Assembly (NCBI GenBank): GCA_031414955.1
Contig: JANOQV010000113.1
Coordinates: forward strand, 1 to 40,709
Reading direction: 5' to 3'
Source of the DNA: Pedosphaera sp.
Lineage (GTDB): Bacteria > Verrucomicrobiota > Verrucomicrobiia > Limisphaerales > SIBH01
DNA length: 40,709 nt
The notes below the pieces were generated by a model. That model made no database searches, was not told the origin of the DNA, and saw only the letters and a program-made list of their open reading frames with translations. A program made the position numbers and the translations under genes. Shown here piece after piece: positions 8,783 through 18,026 of this stretch (the first letter of the stretch is position 1; the number at the start of each line of letters is the position of its first letter).

Positions 8783-9313
8783 TTATTGCCCCTCGGGCGG
8801 GCGCTGATTGCGGCGTTGCGGGCGCGCGCCTTCCGCCGGCGGCTCGTTGCGGTCGCCGCGAGGATTGACGCCTTCGGGACCGCCCTCGGGACGGCGCCCG
8901 TCGCCCCGCACGCCAGCCTCCGGCCCGCCCGGACGCTGCGGGCGAATCTCATCGGCGGTAATCTTCCCGTCGCCGTTCTTGTCGAGTTTGCGCAAGGCCT
9001 TGGAGGCGTTCCCGATCTCGTCCTCGTCGATTTCGCCGTCGTGGTTCGCATCGAGCGCGGCCATCAAAGGCGAGATCATCATGGGGCGCTGCCCGGCCCC
9101 ACCGGGGCCGCCCTCGCGATTGGCACCCGGTCGCTCCGCGCCGGGCGCATCGCCGTCGCGCTGGGGGCGGCGGTTCGCCGGTTCCCCGGCCTCCGCTGCG
9201 CGGGCGGCGGGGCGTTCGCGGCGGGGCGGGCGCGGCTGATCCGAATCCTGGGCCAAAGTCATCGCTGGCAACGCAAGTCCCAACGCCATCCAGAGTGCTG
9301 CTGTGTTTTTCAT
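8783..9313 (-). CDS. Secreted EF-hand pair protein with G/P/R-rich disordered linkers
   Basis: AAGGA RBS, signal peptide MKNTAALWMALGLALPAMTLA, EF loops DANHDGEIDEDE and DKNGDGKITADE. Confidence 0.85.
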   Translation of the reverse strand: MKNTAALWMALGLALPAMTLAQDSDQPRPPRRERPAARAAEAGEPANRRPQRDGDAPGAERPGANREGGPGGAGQRPMMISPLMAALDANHDGEIDEDEIGNASKALRKLDKNGDGKITADEIRPQRPGGPEAGVRGDGRRPEGGPEGVNPRGDRNEPPAEGARPQRRNQRPPEGQ

Positions 9314-9409
9314 AATCTGTCCTTCGCTTTCTCGGCGATGTTCATCACCGCCATCTACCAACATGAGACGGGGGCGACGTAAAGTTTCGGTGTGATTGGC
9401 GCGCAGAAT

Positions 9410-9426
9410 TGTTAAGCGGGTGTAAA
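9410..9426. promoter_or_regulatory. Possible OmpR/CpxR-type direct-repeat operator
   Basis: TGTTAA-N5-TGTAAA (11-bp period) in the divergent intergenic region. Confidence 0.3.
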
Positions 9427-9469
9427 AAATGCGGCGTTCCACAAAGAAGCCGCTATTCTCGGCCCCGCC

Positions 9470-10195
9470 ATGAATGCCACTGCCCGCCCGCGCCTGCTCG
9501 TCATTGATGATGACAAGAAGTTGTGTCGGCTGATCGCCGACTACCTCACGCCGATGGGCTATGAGGTCTCGATGGCGCACACCGGACCGGAGGGCGCGGA
9601 GGAAGCCGCCGGCAGCCCCTGGTCGGCGGTGATTCTGGACGTGATGCTGCCGGGCATGGACGGCTTCGAGGTGTTGAAGCAAATCCGCAAGACCAGCGAC
9701 GTGCCGGTGCTGATGCTGACGGCGCGCGGGGACGAGGCGGACCGGATCGTGGGGCTGGAAATCGGCGCAGACGATTATCTGCCCAAAACATTTTCCACGC
9801 GCGAACTGCTGGCCCGGCTGCGGGCCGTGATCCGCCGGACCACGGACACCGGCACCCGCAAATCAGGGGACAGCGACCGCGAGGCCGAGATCGTGGTGGG
9901 CCAACTGCGCGTGGACCCGAACACACGCACGGCCGCGTTCAAGAGCCAACCGCTCACGCTCACGCCAGTTGAATACGACCTGCTGGCCAGCCTGGCGCGG
10001 GCGCGTGGCCGGGTGAAGACGCGCGAGCAGTTGCTGGAGGAAATCCGCGATCGCAACTACGAGGTCTTCGACCGCAGCATCGACGTTCACATCTCGGCCC
10101 TGCGCAAGAAGCTGGGCGATGACGCGAAGGAGCCGAGGTTCATCAAAACGGTGCGGGCGGCGGGCTACATGTTCATCAATCCGGCTGGAGCATGA
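9470..10195 (+). CDS. OmpR/PhoB-family response regulator (CpxR-like)
   Basis: REC motifs (LVIDDD, ILDVMLPGMDG, GADDYLPK) plus winged helix (DRSIDVHISALRKKLGDD...IKTVRAAGY). Confidence 0.95.
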   Translation: MNATARPRLLVIDDDKKLCRLIADYLTPMGYEVSMAHTGPEGAEEAAGSPWSAVILDVMLPGMDGFEVLKQIRKTSDVPVLMLTARGDEADRIVGLEIGADDYLPKTFSTRELLARLRAVIRRTTDTGTRKSGDSDREAEIVVGQLRVDPNTRTAAFKSQPLTLTPVEYDLLASLARARGRVKTREQLLEEIRDRNYEVFDRSIDVHISALRKKLGDDAKEPRFIKTVRAAGYMFINPAGA

Positions 10196-11718
10196 AGCGC
10201 TTCCCGCTCTACGCCCGGATCCTGCTCTGGTTCTTCCTCAACCTGCTGGTGCTGGCGGGGGCCGTGGTGGCCTTGCTCGTCTTTCAGTTTCAAGCCGGGC
10301 CGGAACTGTTCCTCGGCGGGCGCGCCGGCGAACGGCTGCAAGCGGTCGCGCAGATCATCACGGACGAACTCAACACCCAGCCCAGCCAGGATTGGAACGC
10401 CACGCTGCAGCGATTTGGAAATGCCTACCGCGTCCGGTTTATGCTTTATCGCAATGAGGGCGGGCAACTGGCCGGCGAGACCACGACGCTTCCCCCGCCG
10501 GTGGCCCAGCGCGTCTTCACGCCCGGAGGAGCCCGGCGCGAAGGGCGTGCCCCGCGCGATTCCGCCCGGGAGCCGGAGGCCAATGGCCCGGCCCGGCCCG
10601 GAGGTCGTCCCTTGCAGCCACGAGAGCCGCCCGGGGAAGGCTTGGAATTTCGCGGCCCACCGCGCGGCCCGCGCGACACACCGCGGGTGCGGGAAAGCTT
10701 TATTTCACGGACGGCGGACCCGCGGCGGTATTGGATTGGCTTGCGCATGGCCGTGATCGAACGCCCGCCCGAGCGCCCGGTTCCGGCAACCCTCATTCTG
10801 GTCACAGACTCCCTGAACGCAGGCGGCTTGCTCATGGACTTCACTCCCTTCTTGTGGGTCGGGGGCAGCGCGCTGCTCTTCTCGGTCCTGTTCTGGCTGC
10901 CGCTGGTGCGCAGCATCACGCGATCCCTGAAGCAAATGAACCTGGCCACGGCCCAGATCGCCGAAGGGAAATTTACGGTTCGCGTGAATGAAAAGCGCCG
11001 TGATGAACTGGGCGAGCTGGGCGGAGCCATCAACCGCATGGCTTCGCGCCTCGCCGGGTTCGTCACCGGCCAGAAGCGCTTCACGGGCGACATTGCCCAC
11101 GAGCTTTGTTCCCCCATCGCGCGCATGCAAATGGCCGTGGGCATCCTCGAAGAACGCGCCGATCCGAAGGACAAGCCCTACGTCGAGGATCTGCGCGAAG
11201 AGGTGGAGCACATTTCCAGCCTGGTGAATGAGTTGCTGTCCTTCTCCAAAGCCTCCCTGGGGGCCACGAGTCTGCGCCTGGAAACGGTGGCGCTTCGAGC
11301 TTTGGCGGAGAAGGCGGCCAAGCGCGAGGCACGCCACGGCGAAGAGGTTCGGGTGGAGATGGCCGAGGATCTTGCCGCCATCGCCGATCCGGAACTCATC
11401 GTGCGCGCACTGGCCAATCTGATCCGCAACGCGGTGCGTTACGCCGGCAACACCGGCCCCATTACGATCACTGCCCGCCGCCTCGAAGGCGAAGTGGAAC
11501 TGATCGTGGCCGATGGCGGACCGGGTGTGCCCGAGGCCGAGTTGCCCAAACTCTTCGACCCCTTTTATCGGGTCGATACATCACGCGCCCGGGAGACCGG
11601 TGGCGTCGGACTCGGCCTTTCGATTGTGAAAACCTGCATCGAAAGCTGCCACGGCTCGGTCACCTGCCGTAACCGTCAGCCTTCCGGACTCGAAGTCGTC
11701 ATCCTCCTTCCCGCCTGA
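10192..11718 (+). CDS. HAMP-domain sensor histidine kinase (CpxA-like)
   Basis: Two TM segments, HAMP, H-box DIAHELCSP, N-box NLIRNA, DGGPG, GGVGLGLSIV; ATGA overlap with the regulator. Confidence 0.95.
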   Translation: MKRFPLYARILLWFFLNLLVLAGAVVALLVFQFQAGPELFLGGRAGERLQAVAQIITDELNTQPSQDWNATLQRFGNAYRVRFMLYRNEGGQLAGETTTLPPPVAQRVFTPGGARREGRAPRDSAREPEANGPARPGGRPLQPREPPGEGLEFRGPPRGPRDTPRVRESFISRTADPRRYWIGLRMAVIERPPERPVPATLILVTDSLNAGGLLMDFTPFLWVGGSALLFSVLFWLPLVRSITRSLKQMNLATAQIAEGKFTVRVNEKRRDELGELGGAINRMASRLAGFVTGQKRFTGDIAHELCSPIARMQMAVGILEERADPKDKPYVEDLREEVEHISSLVNELLSFSKASLGATSLRLETVALRALAEKAAKREARHGEEVRVEMAEDLAAIADPELIVRALANLIRNAVRYAGNTGPITITARRLEGEVELIVADGGPGVPEAELPKLFDPFYRVDTSRARETGGVGLGLSIVKTCIESCHGSVTCRNRQPSGLEVVILLPA

Positions 11719-11914
11719 CTATTTCCGGACTCGGCAAGCTGGCTGCTAAGGGATGCTGATGTTCCTGAGAACCAATATGATTCGACATGAAGTACGGCAG
11801 CCAGCAGCATCCCCAGTGTTGCTGGAAGCCATAAAATCCAAGTTGTTGCCCGCGTGTTTCACCTCCTGGGCGGTTCGGTAAGCCGTTTAGATTGACTCAC
11901 CCCCCTGTTGCGAA

Positions 11915-13387
11915 ATGGTCACGCCGCCAAAATCTGAACTGCCGATGGGCCTGATGAAGGGCTACGATCCGAAGGGCTTTTTCGACGAGATGTTCGACCA
12001 GTCGGGCGAAGTCCTTCCGCACTACCGTAAATTTCAGGAACTGTTCAGCAAACTTTCGCTCGACGAATTCGACGGCAAGCGCCACTCCGTCGATCTGGCC
12101 TTCCTGCGCGGAGGCGTGACCTTCAACGTCTATGGAGACGCACGCGGGCAGGAGCGCATCTTCCCGTTTGACCTCGTGCCCCGGATCATTCCGGCCAGCG
12201 AATGGCAGTTCATCGAACGCGGACTGACCCAGCGCATCATCGCGCTGAATTTGTTCCTGCACGACATCTACCACGAGCAGCGCATCATCAAGGACGGCAT
12301 CATCCCGGCGCATTACATCCTCTCGGGAAAACATTTCCGGCGCGAGTTCGTGAACTGCGCCGTGCCGAAGGACATCTACATCCACGTCTGCGGCACGGAT
12401 TTGATTCGCGGCGCGGACGGCGAATACATGGTCCTGGAGGACAACGGCCGCACCCCGAGCGGGGTGAGCTACGTGCTGGAAAACCGTCGCGCCTTGAAGC
12501 GCGCCTTCCCGCATATGTTCGAAAGCATCGGCGTCCGCCCGGTGGATCATTATCCGCAGGAGCTGTTGAAGATGCTGCAATACATCGCGCCCACGGGCGT
12601 GGCCGATCCGACGCTCGTCGTGCTCACGCCCGGCGCGGCCAACAGCGCCTACTTCGAGCACACCTACCTGGCGCGCCAGATGGGCATTGAGATTGTCGAA
12701 GGCCGCGATTTGGTGGTGAAGGACGCGCACGTTTACATGCGCACGACGAAGGGGCTCAAGCCGGTGCATGTCATCTATCGCCGGCTCGACGATGACTTCC
12801 TCGACCCGACCGTCTTCCGCCGCGACTCGATGCTGGGCGTGCCCGGACTGATCAACGCCTACCGCTCCGGTAACGTCTCGCTGGCCAACTCCGTCGGCAC
12901 CGGCATCGCCGACGACAAGGTGATGTACTACTTCGTGCCGAAGATGATTAAGTACTACCTCGACCAAGATCCGCTCATCCCGAATGTCCCGACCTACCTC
13001 GCCAGCGAGGAGGAAGATCTGAAATACATTCTCGACCACTTGAACAAGCTGGTGGTGAAGGCGGCGAACGAATCCGGCGGTTACGGCATGCTGATGGGGC
13101 CAAAGGCTTCGACGGAGGAAATCGACCAGTTCCGCCGCCGTATTCAGGCCGACCCGCGCAATTACATCGCCCAGCCGATGATCAGCCTGTCGCGCCATCC
13201 GACCTATGGAGACGGCCACTTTGAGGGACGCCACATCGACCTCCGCCCCTACATCGTCTACGGCGAGAAAATCAGCATCGTGCCCGGTGGCCTGACCCGC
13301 GTGGCGCTGCGCAAAGGCTCGCTGGTGGTAAACTCGTCACAGGGTGGCGGGAGCAAGGATACGTGGGTGCTGTATGGAAACGAATAA
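11915..13387 (+). CDS. Circularly permuted type 2 ATP-grasp protein (DUF404/DUF407)
   Basis: [67 protein letters not shown]; start could be 11945 or 11954. Confidence 0.93.
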   Translation: MVTPPKSELPMGLMKGYDPKGFFDEMFDQSGEVLPHYRKFQELFSKLSLDEFDGKRHSVDLAFLRGGVTFNVYGDARGQERIFPFDLVPRIIPASEWQFIERGLTQRIIALNLFLHDIYHEQRIIKDGIIPAHYILSGKHFRREFVNCAVPKDIYIHVCGTDLIRGADGEYMVLEDNGRTPSGVSYVLENRRALKRAFPHMFESIGVRPVDHYPQELLKMLQYIAPTGVADPTLVVLTPGAANSAYFEHTYLARQMGIEIVEGRDLVVKDAHVYMRTTKGLKPVHVIYRRLDDDFLDPTVFRRDSMLGVPGLINAYRSGNVSLANSVGTGIADDKVMYYFVPKMIKYYLDQDPLIPNVPTYLASEEEDLKYILDHLNKLVVKAANESGGYGMLMGPKASTEEIDQFRRRIQADPRNYIAQPMISLSRHPTYGDGHFEGRHIDLRPYIVYGEKISIVPGGLTRVALRKGSLVVNSSQGGGSKDTWVLYGNE

Positions 13388-13496
13388 GGCCAACTTTGAA
13401 CCTCGAACTTTGAACTTTGAACTTCGAACTCGGAGTTCGCGTTCGAGCGCTTTGTTCAAGGTTCAAAGTTCAAGGTTCAAAGTTCAAAGTTCTTAA
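13374..13496 (+). other. AACTTTG/GTTCAAA heptamer hairpin (13392-13492) spanned by a 40-aa coupling mini-ORF
   Basis: [40 protein letters not shown]; overlaps the upstream gene by 14 nt; TAA ends 2 nt before ATG 13499. Confidence 0.65.
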
Positions 13497-13498
13497 AA

Positions 13499-14602
13499 AT
13501 GCTCTCCCGCGTTGCCAACTCCCTCTACTGGATGTCGCGCTACATTGAGCGCGCCGAAAACCTCGCGCGCATCCTCGACGTGAACCTCCAGTTGCTCCTC
13601 GACCTGCGCAGCTCGGACGACTCGTCCTTGCGTGACCACTGGCTGCCCATCGTGCAGGCCACCGGGGATGAAGAGTTGTTCGAACGACTCCATGGCCGCG
13701 CCACCGCCGCCGCCGTGGCCGAGTTCATGGTCTTCCAGGAAACGAATCCGAATTCCATCGTGTCGTCCATCTGTCAGGCGCGTGAAAACGCCCGCATGGT
13801 GCGTGACCAAATCACCAGCGAAATCTGGGAGGAGTTAAATCGCCTTTATCTCTTCGTCACCTCGCCGCAGGCCCGGCATGTCTGGACGCAAAGTCCCACG
13901 GAGTTTTTCAACCAGATCAAGGCCAGCTCGCTGCATCTCATCGGTTCGAGCTACTCGACGCTCTTCCGCAGCGAAGGCTGGTGGTTCAGCGAGGCCGGCA
14001 AAGTCATCGAGCGCGCGGACAAAACCTCGCGCATCCTCGACATCCGCTACCAGATGCTGCCCGAGCGCGGCTTCCCCGACACCGTCAGCCAGGATGAATC
14101 CCTCGGCTGGTCGGCCATTCTGCGCTCGTGCAGCGCGTGGGACGCCTACAAGTCCATCCACGGCGCGGATGTTTCGCCGAAGCTGGTCGCGGAGTTCCTG
14201 ATTCTCAACGAGGATTTTCCCCGATCGATTCGCTTCTGCGTCACCCAGTTAAACAAGGCGCTCCGCCACATTTCCGGCGTGCCGGATGGCCGCTTTGTCA
14301 ACGACGCTGAAAAACTTTCCGGCCGGCTGGTGGCTCAACTTCAATTCACGAGCATCGAGGAGATTGCCGAGTTCGGTCTGCACGGCTACCTCGACGAAAT
14401 CCAGAAGAAGCTAAATGACATCGGCGAGGCGCTCTTCAACGCCTACATCTTCCACGCCTTCAACACGGCGCTGACGGACCACTTCGTGCAGCAGGAGGAA
14501 CAGCAGCAGCAGCAGTGCGGGAAAGTAATCAGTGAAACAGTAATCAGTCATCAGTGCCGCCTCGCACCGATGACGACTGCCTCACCGATTACTGATTACT
14601 GA
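13499..14602 (+). CDS. Alpha-E domain protein (DUF403) with Q/E-rich tail and repeat-derived extension
   Basis: MLSRVANSLYWMSRYIERAEN, ARENAR, ERADKTSRILD, FPRSIRFC; ends QQEEQQQQQ followed by CGKVISETVISHQ...PITDY. Confidence 0.92.
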   Translation: MLSRVANSLYWMSRYIERAENLARILDVNLQLLLDLRSSDDSSLRDHWLPIVQATGDEELFERLHGRATAAAVAEFMVFQETNPNSIVSSICQARENARMVRDQITSEIWEELNRLYLFVTSPQARHVWTQSPTEFFNQIKASSLHLIGSSYSTLFRSEGWWFSEAGKVIERADKTSRILDIRYQMLPERGFPDTVSQDESLGWSAILRSCSAWDAYKSIHGADVSPKLVAEFLILNEDFPRSIRFCVTQLNKALRHISGVPDGRFVNDAEKLSGRLVAQLQFTSIEEIAEFGLHGYLDEIQKKLNDIGEALFNAYIFHAFNTALTDHFVQQEEQQQQQCGKVISETVISHQCRLAPMTTASPITDY

Positions 14603-14607
14603 TTACT
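14524..14607. repeat. AGTAATC/GATTACT heptamer palindrome containing the alpha-E stop
   Basis: AGTAATCAGTGAAACAGTAATCAGT...GATTACTGATTACTGATTACT. Confidence 0.85.
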
Positions 14608-14612
14608 TTTTC

Positions 14613-17600
14613 ATGTCCATCCACGTCGCCCTCTTCCACAAAACGCATTACACGTACAGCAAAGCCGTGGGCCACGGCCCGCATGTCGTGCGGTTGCGGC
14701 CCGCGCCGCATTGCCGGACCAAGATTCTCAGCTACTCGCAGAAGATCACCGGCGGCGAGCATTTCATCAACTGGCAGCAGGACCCGTTCGCGAACTGGAA
14801 CGCGCGGCTGGTCTTCGAGGGCAAGATGAAGGAACTGTGCGTCGAGGTGGAACTCGTCGCGGAGATGGCGGTCCACAATCCGTTCGACTTTTTCATCGAT
14901 GAGTCGGCGCAGACGTATCCGTTCGTTTACGAGCCGGTCCTGAAGAAGGAACTCGCGCCCTTCATGGAGTTGCCTTCGCCCACCACGAAGCATCTCGCGC
15001 TCGTGGATGAACTGCTCGCGAAGTATCTCACGGCCAAGGCGCGCACGATTGATTTCCTCGTCGAGGTCAACCAGCGGCTTCAGCAGGACATCAAATACAC
15101 CATCCGCCTGGAACCCGGCGTGCAGACGCCCGAGGAAACGCTGACCAATGGCACCGGCTCGTGCCGCGACACCGGCTGGCTGCTCGTGCAGACGATGCGT
15201 TCGATGGGTTTCGCCGCACGCTTTGTTTCCGGCTACCTGATTCAACTCGCGCCGGACGTGAAGTCGCTCGACGGGCCGAGCGGCACCGAAATTGATTTCA
15301 CCGATCTGCACGCGTGGTGCGAAGTCTATTTGCCGGGCGCGGGCTGGATTGGTTTTGATCCGACTTCGGGTCTGCTCGCGGGCGAAGGACACATCCCGCT
15401 CAGTTGCACGCCGGAGCCGAGCAGCGCCGCGCCGGTGACTGGCGGAGTGGACAAGTGCGAGTCGAAGCTGGTCCACGAGATGAAGGTCACGCGCATCTAC
15501 GAATCGCCGCGCGTCACCAAGCCTTATACCGAAGAGCAGTGGAAGGAGATTGAGAAACTCGGCCACGCCATCGACGCCGACCTCACGAAGCACGACGTGC
15601 GGCTCACGATGGGCGGCGAGCCGACGTTTATTTCCATCGACGACCCCGACGGCCCGGAGTGGAACTTCACCGCCACGTCGCCGAAGAAGCGCATTCTCTC
15701 GGACACGTTGCTCAAACGGCTGCGCGGCAAGTTCGCCCCCGGCTCGCTCGTGCATTACGGGCAGGGCAAGTGGTATCCCGGCGAGTCGCTGCCGCGCTGG
15801 GCCTTCGGTTGTTACTGGCGCAAGGATGGTTTGCCCATCTGGCAGAAGGACGAACTGATCGCCGACGAAGCGGCGAATTACCAACACACGAACGAGCACT
15901 CGGCGAAATTCATCGCGGCGTTGAGCACCCGGCTTGGCGCGGACCCGAAGTGGATCATGCCCAGCTTCGAGGATCCGTTTTATCACGTCTGGAAAGAACG
16001 CCGTCTCCCGACCAACGTGGACCCGCACAAGGCCGATCTGAAGAAGGAAGAGGAGCGCGTTCGCCTCGCGAAGATTCTGGAGCAGGGACTCGACAGCGTC
16101 GTCGGTCACGCTCTGCCCATCCAGCGGGCCTGGAAGAGTCACGCGCCGGTCTGGGTCAGCGGCCCGTGGTTCCTGCGCGCCGAAAAACTCTACCTCGCGC
16201 CCGGAGACTCGCCGATGGGGCTGCGGCTCCCGCTCGATTCGCTGCCGTGGGTCAAAGAGTCGGACTACCCCTACGTCCACGAACTCGATCCGACGGCGAA
16301 GCGCCCGCCGCTGCCTTCGCCCGAGGAATTTCGCCAGCGCTACCTGCGCACCGACACGCCCGCGCGCCGCAGCGCCGTAGCGCTCCGTCGTCGCGGGCAA
16401 AGCGAGGAGGACGCGAAGAAGGAAGCACTCCGTGAAGACCCGACACGCGTCCCGCAGCCCGGTGAATCCGCTTCGTGGATTGTCCGCACCGCGCTCTGCG
16501 TCGAGCCGCGCGGAGGCAAACTCCACGTCTTCATGCCGCCCGTCGCGACGCTTGAGGACTATCTCGAACTCGTCGCCGCCGTCGAAGACACCGCCGCGCA
16601 ACTCGGCACGCCCGTCGCCATCGAAGGCTACACGCCGCCGCGCGATTCGCGTCTGAACGTGCTCAAGGTCACGCCCGACCCAGGCGTGATCGAAGTGAAT
16701 CTGCATCCGAGCAAATCGTGGGACGAACTCGTGGACCGCACCACCGTGCTCTACGAGGAAGCGCGCCAGACGCGGCTCGGCACTGAGAAGTTCATGGTGG
16801 ACGGACGCCACACCGGCACCGGCGGCGGTAATCACATTCTGATCGGCGCGGAGACGCCCATTGATTCGCCTGTGCTGCGCCGCCCTGATTTGCTGCGCTC
16901 GCTGATCGCCTACTGGCAGAATCATCCGTCGCTCAGTTGGTTGTTCAGCGGCCTGTTCGTCGGTCCCACGTCGCAAGCACCGCGCGTGGACGAGGCGCGC
17001 AACGATTCGCTCTACGAACTCGAAGTCGCGTTCAAGGAACTCGACCGGCAGTTGAAAATCTCAGCGCAACCTTCTGTTGCAGGTGCAACAAAAGGTTGCA
17101 ACGTTCCGCCTTGGTTAGCCGACCGCCTGTTCCGCAACCTGCTCATCGACTCGAGCGGCAACACGCACCGCGCCGAGTTCAGCATCGACAAGCTCTACTC
17201 GCCCGACGGCAGCGCGGGGCGTCTCGGTCTCGTCGAGATGCGCGCCTTCGAGATGCCGCCGCACGCGCGCATGAGCCTGGCGCAACATCTTCTGCTGCGC
17301 GGACTCGTGGCCAAGTTCTGGCAGCATCCTTACACCAACGATCTCGTGCGTTGGGGCACCGACATCCACGACCGCTGGATGTTGCCGCACTTCTGCGAGA
17401 CGGATTTCAAGGATGTCATCCACGACCTGCGCGACGCGGGCTTTCCCTTCGAGTTCGACTGGTTCACGCCGCACTTTGAGTTTCGTTTCCCGCGCATCGG
17501 CGATTTCGCGCAGCGTGACGTGCAGGTCGAACTCCGCACCGCACTCGAACCGTGGCATGTCCTCGGTGAAGAAGGTGCGACGGGCGGCACCGTGCGTTAC

Positions 17601-18026
17601 GTGGACAGCTCACTCGAACGCCTGCAAGTGAAAGCCCGCGGTCTTGTGGGCGAACGCTTCGTCCTCACGGTCAATGGCCACCGCGTCCCGCTGCATTCGA
17701 CTGGGACCAACGGCGAAGCCGTCGCCGGCGTCCGCTACCGCGCGTGGCAGCCGCCGAACTGCCTGCAACCCACGATTCCCTCGCACGCCCCGCTCGTGTT
17801 CGATCTCTACGACACCTGGAACAAACGCTCGCTCGGCGGCTGCCAGTATCACGTCGCGCATCCCGGCGGACGCAGCTACGACACTTTCCCCGTGAACAGC
17901 TACGAAGCGGAGGCGCGCCGCCTCGGACGCTTCTTCACCCACGGTGCGACGCAGGGGAAATTCACGCCGCCGCCGCAGACTGAGAACGTGGACTTCCCGT
18001 TCACGCTCGACCTGAGAAATGCCTGA
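14613..18026 (+). CDS. Transglutaminase N-terminal/core domains fused to DUF2126 putative amidoligase
   Basis: GSCRDTGWLLVQ, DLHAWCEVYLPGAGWIGFDPT, LTMGGEPTF, VTPDPGVIEVN, GTGGGNH, GNTHRAEF, EMRAFEMPPH, FTLDLR. Confidence 0.93.
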   Translation: MSIHVALFHKTHYTYSKAVGHGPHVVRLRPAPHCRTKILSYSQKITGGEHFINWQQDPFANWNARLVFEGKMKELCVEVELVAEMAVHNPFDFFIDESAQTYPFVYEPVLKKELAPFMELPSPTTKHLALVDELLAKYLTAKARTIDFLVEVNQRLQQDIKYTIRLEPGVQTPEETLTNGTGSCRDTGWLLVQTMRSMGFAARFVSGYLIQLAPDVKSLDGPSGTEIDFTDLHAWCEVYLPGAGWIGFDPTSGLLAGEGHIPLSCTPEPSSAAPVTGGVDKCESKLVHEMKVTRIYESPRVTKPYTEEQWKEIEKLGHAIDADLTKHDVRLTMGGEPTFISIDDPDGPEWNFTATSPKKRILSDTLLKRLRGKFAPGSLVHYGQGKWYPGESLPRWAFGCYWRKDGLPIWQKDELIADEAANYQHTNEHSAKFIAALSTRLGADPKWIMPSFEDPFYHVWKERRLPTNVDPHKADLKKEEERVRLAKILEQGLDSVVGHALPIQRAWKSHAPVWVSGPWFLRAEKLYLAPGDSPMGLRLPLDSLPWVKESDYPYVHELDPTAKRPPLPSPEEFRQRYLRTDTPARRSAVALRRRGQSEEDAKKEALREDPTRVPQPGESASWIVRTALCVEPRGGKLHVFMPPVATLEDYLELVAAVEDTAAQLGTPVAIEGYTPPRDSRLNVLKVTPDPGVIEVNLHPSKSWDELVDRTTVLYEEARQTRLGTEKFMVDGRHTGTGGGNHILIGAETPIDSPVLRRPDLLRSLIAYWQNHPSLSWLFSGLFVGPTSQAPRVDEARNDSLYELEVAFKELDRQLKISAQPSVAGATKGCNVPPWLADRLFRNLLIDSSGNTHRAEFSIDKLYSPDGSAGRLGLVEMRAFEMPPHARMSLAQHLLLRGLVAKFWQHPYTNDLVRWGTDIHDRWMLPHFCETDFKDVIHDLRDAGFPFEFDWFTPHFEFRFPRIGDFAQRDVQVELRTALEPWHVLGEEGATGGTVRYVDSSLERLQVKARGLVGERFVLTVNGHRVPLHSTGTNGEAVAGVRYRAWQPPNCLQPTIPSHAPLVFDLYDTWNKRSLGGCQYHVAHPGGRSYDTFPVNSYEAEARRLGRFFTHGATQGKFTPPPQTENVDFPFTLDLRNA

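Noticed and set aside
11738..11815. Short complementary segments upstream of the ATP-grasp operon as a riboswitch or sigma54 promoter
   Set aside because: Pairings are short and not nested; GG/GC spacing does not fit -24/-12
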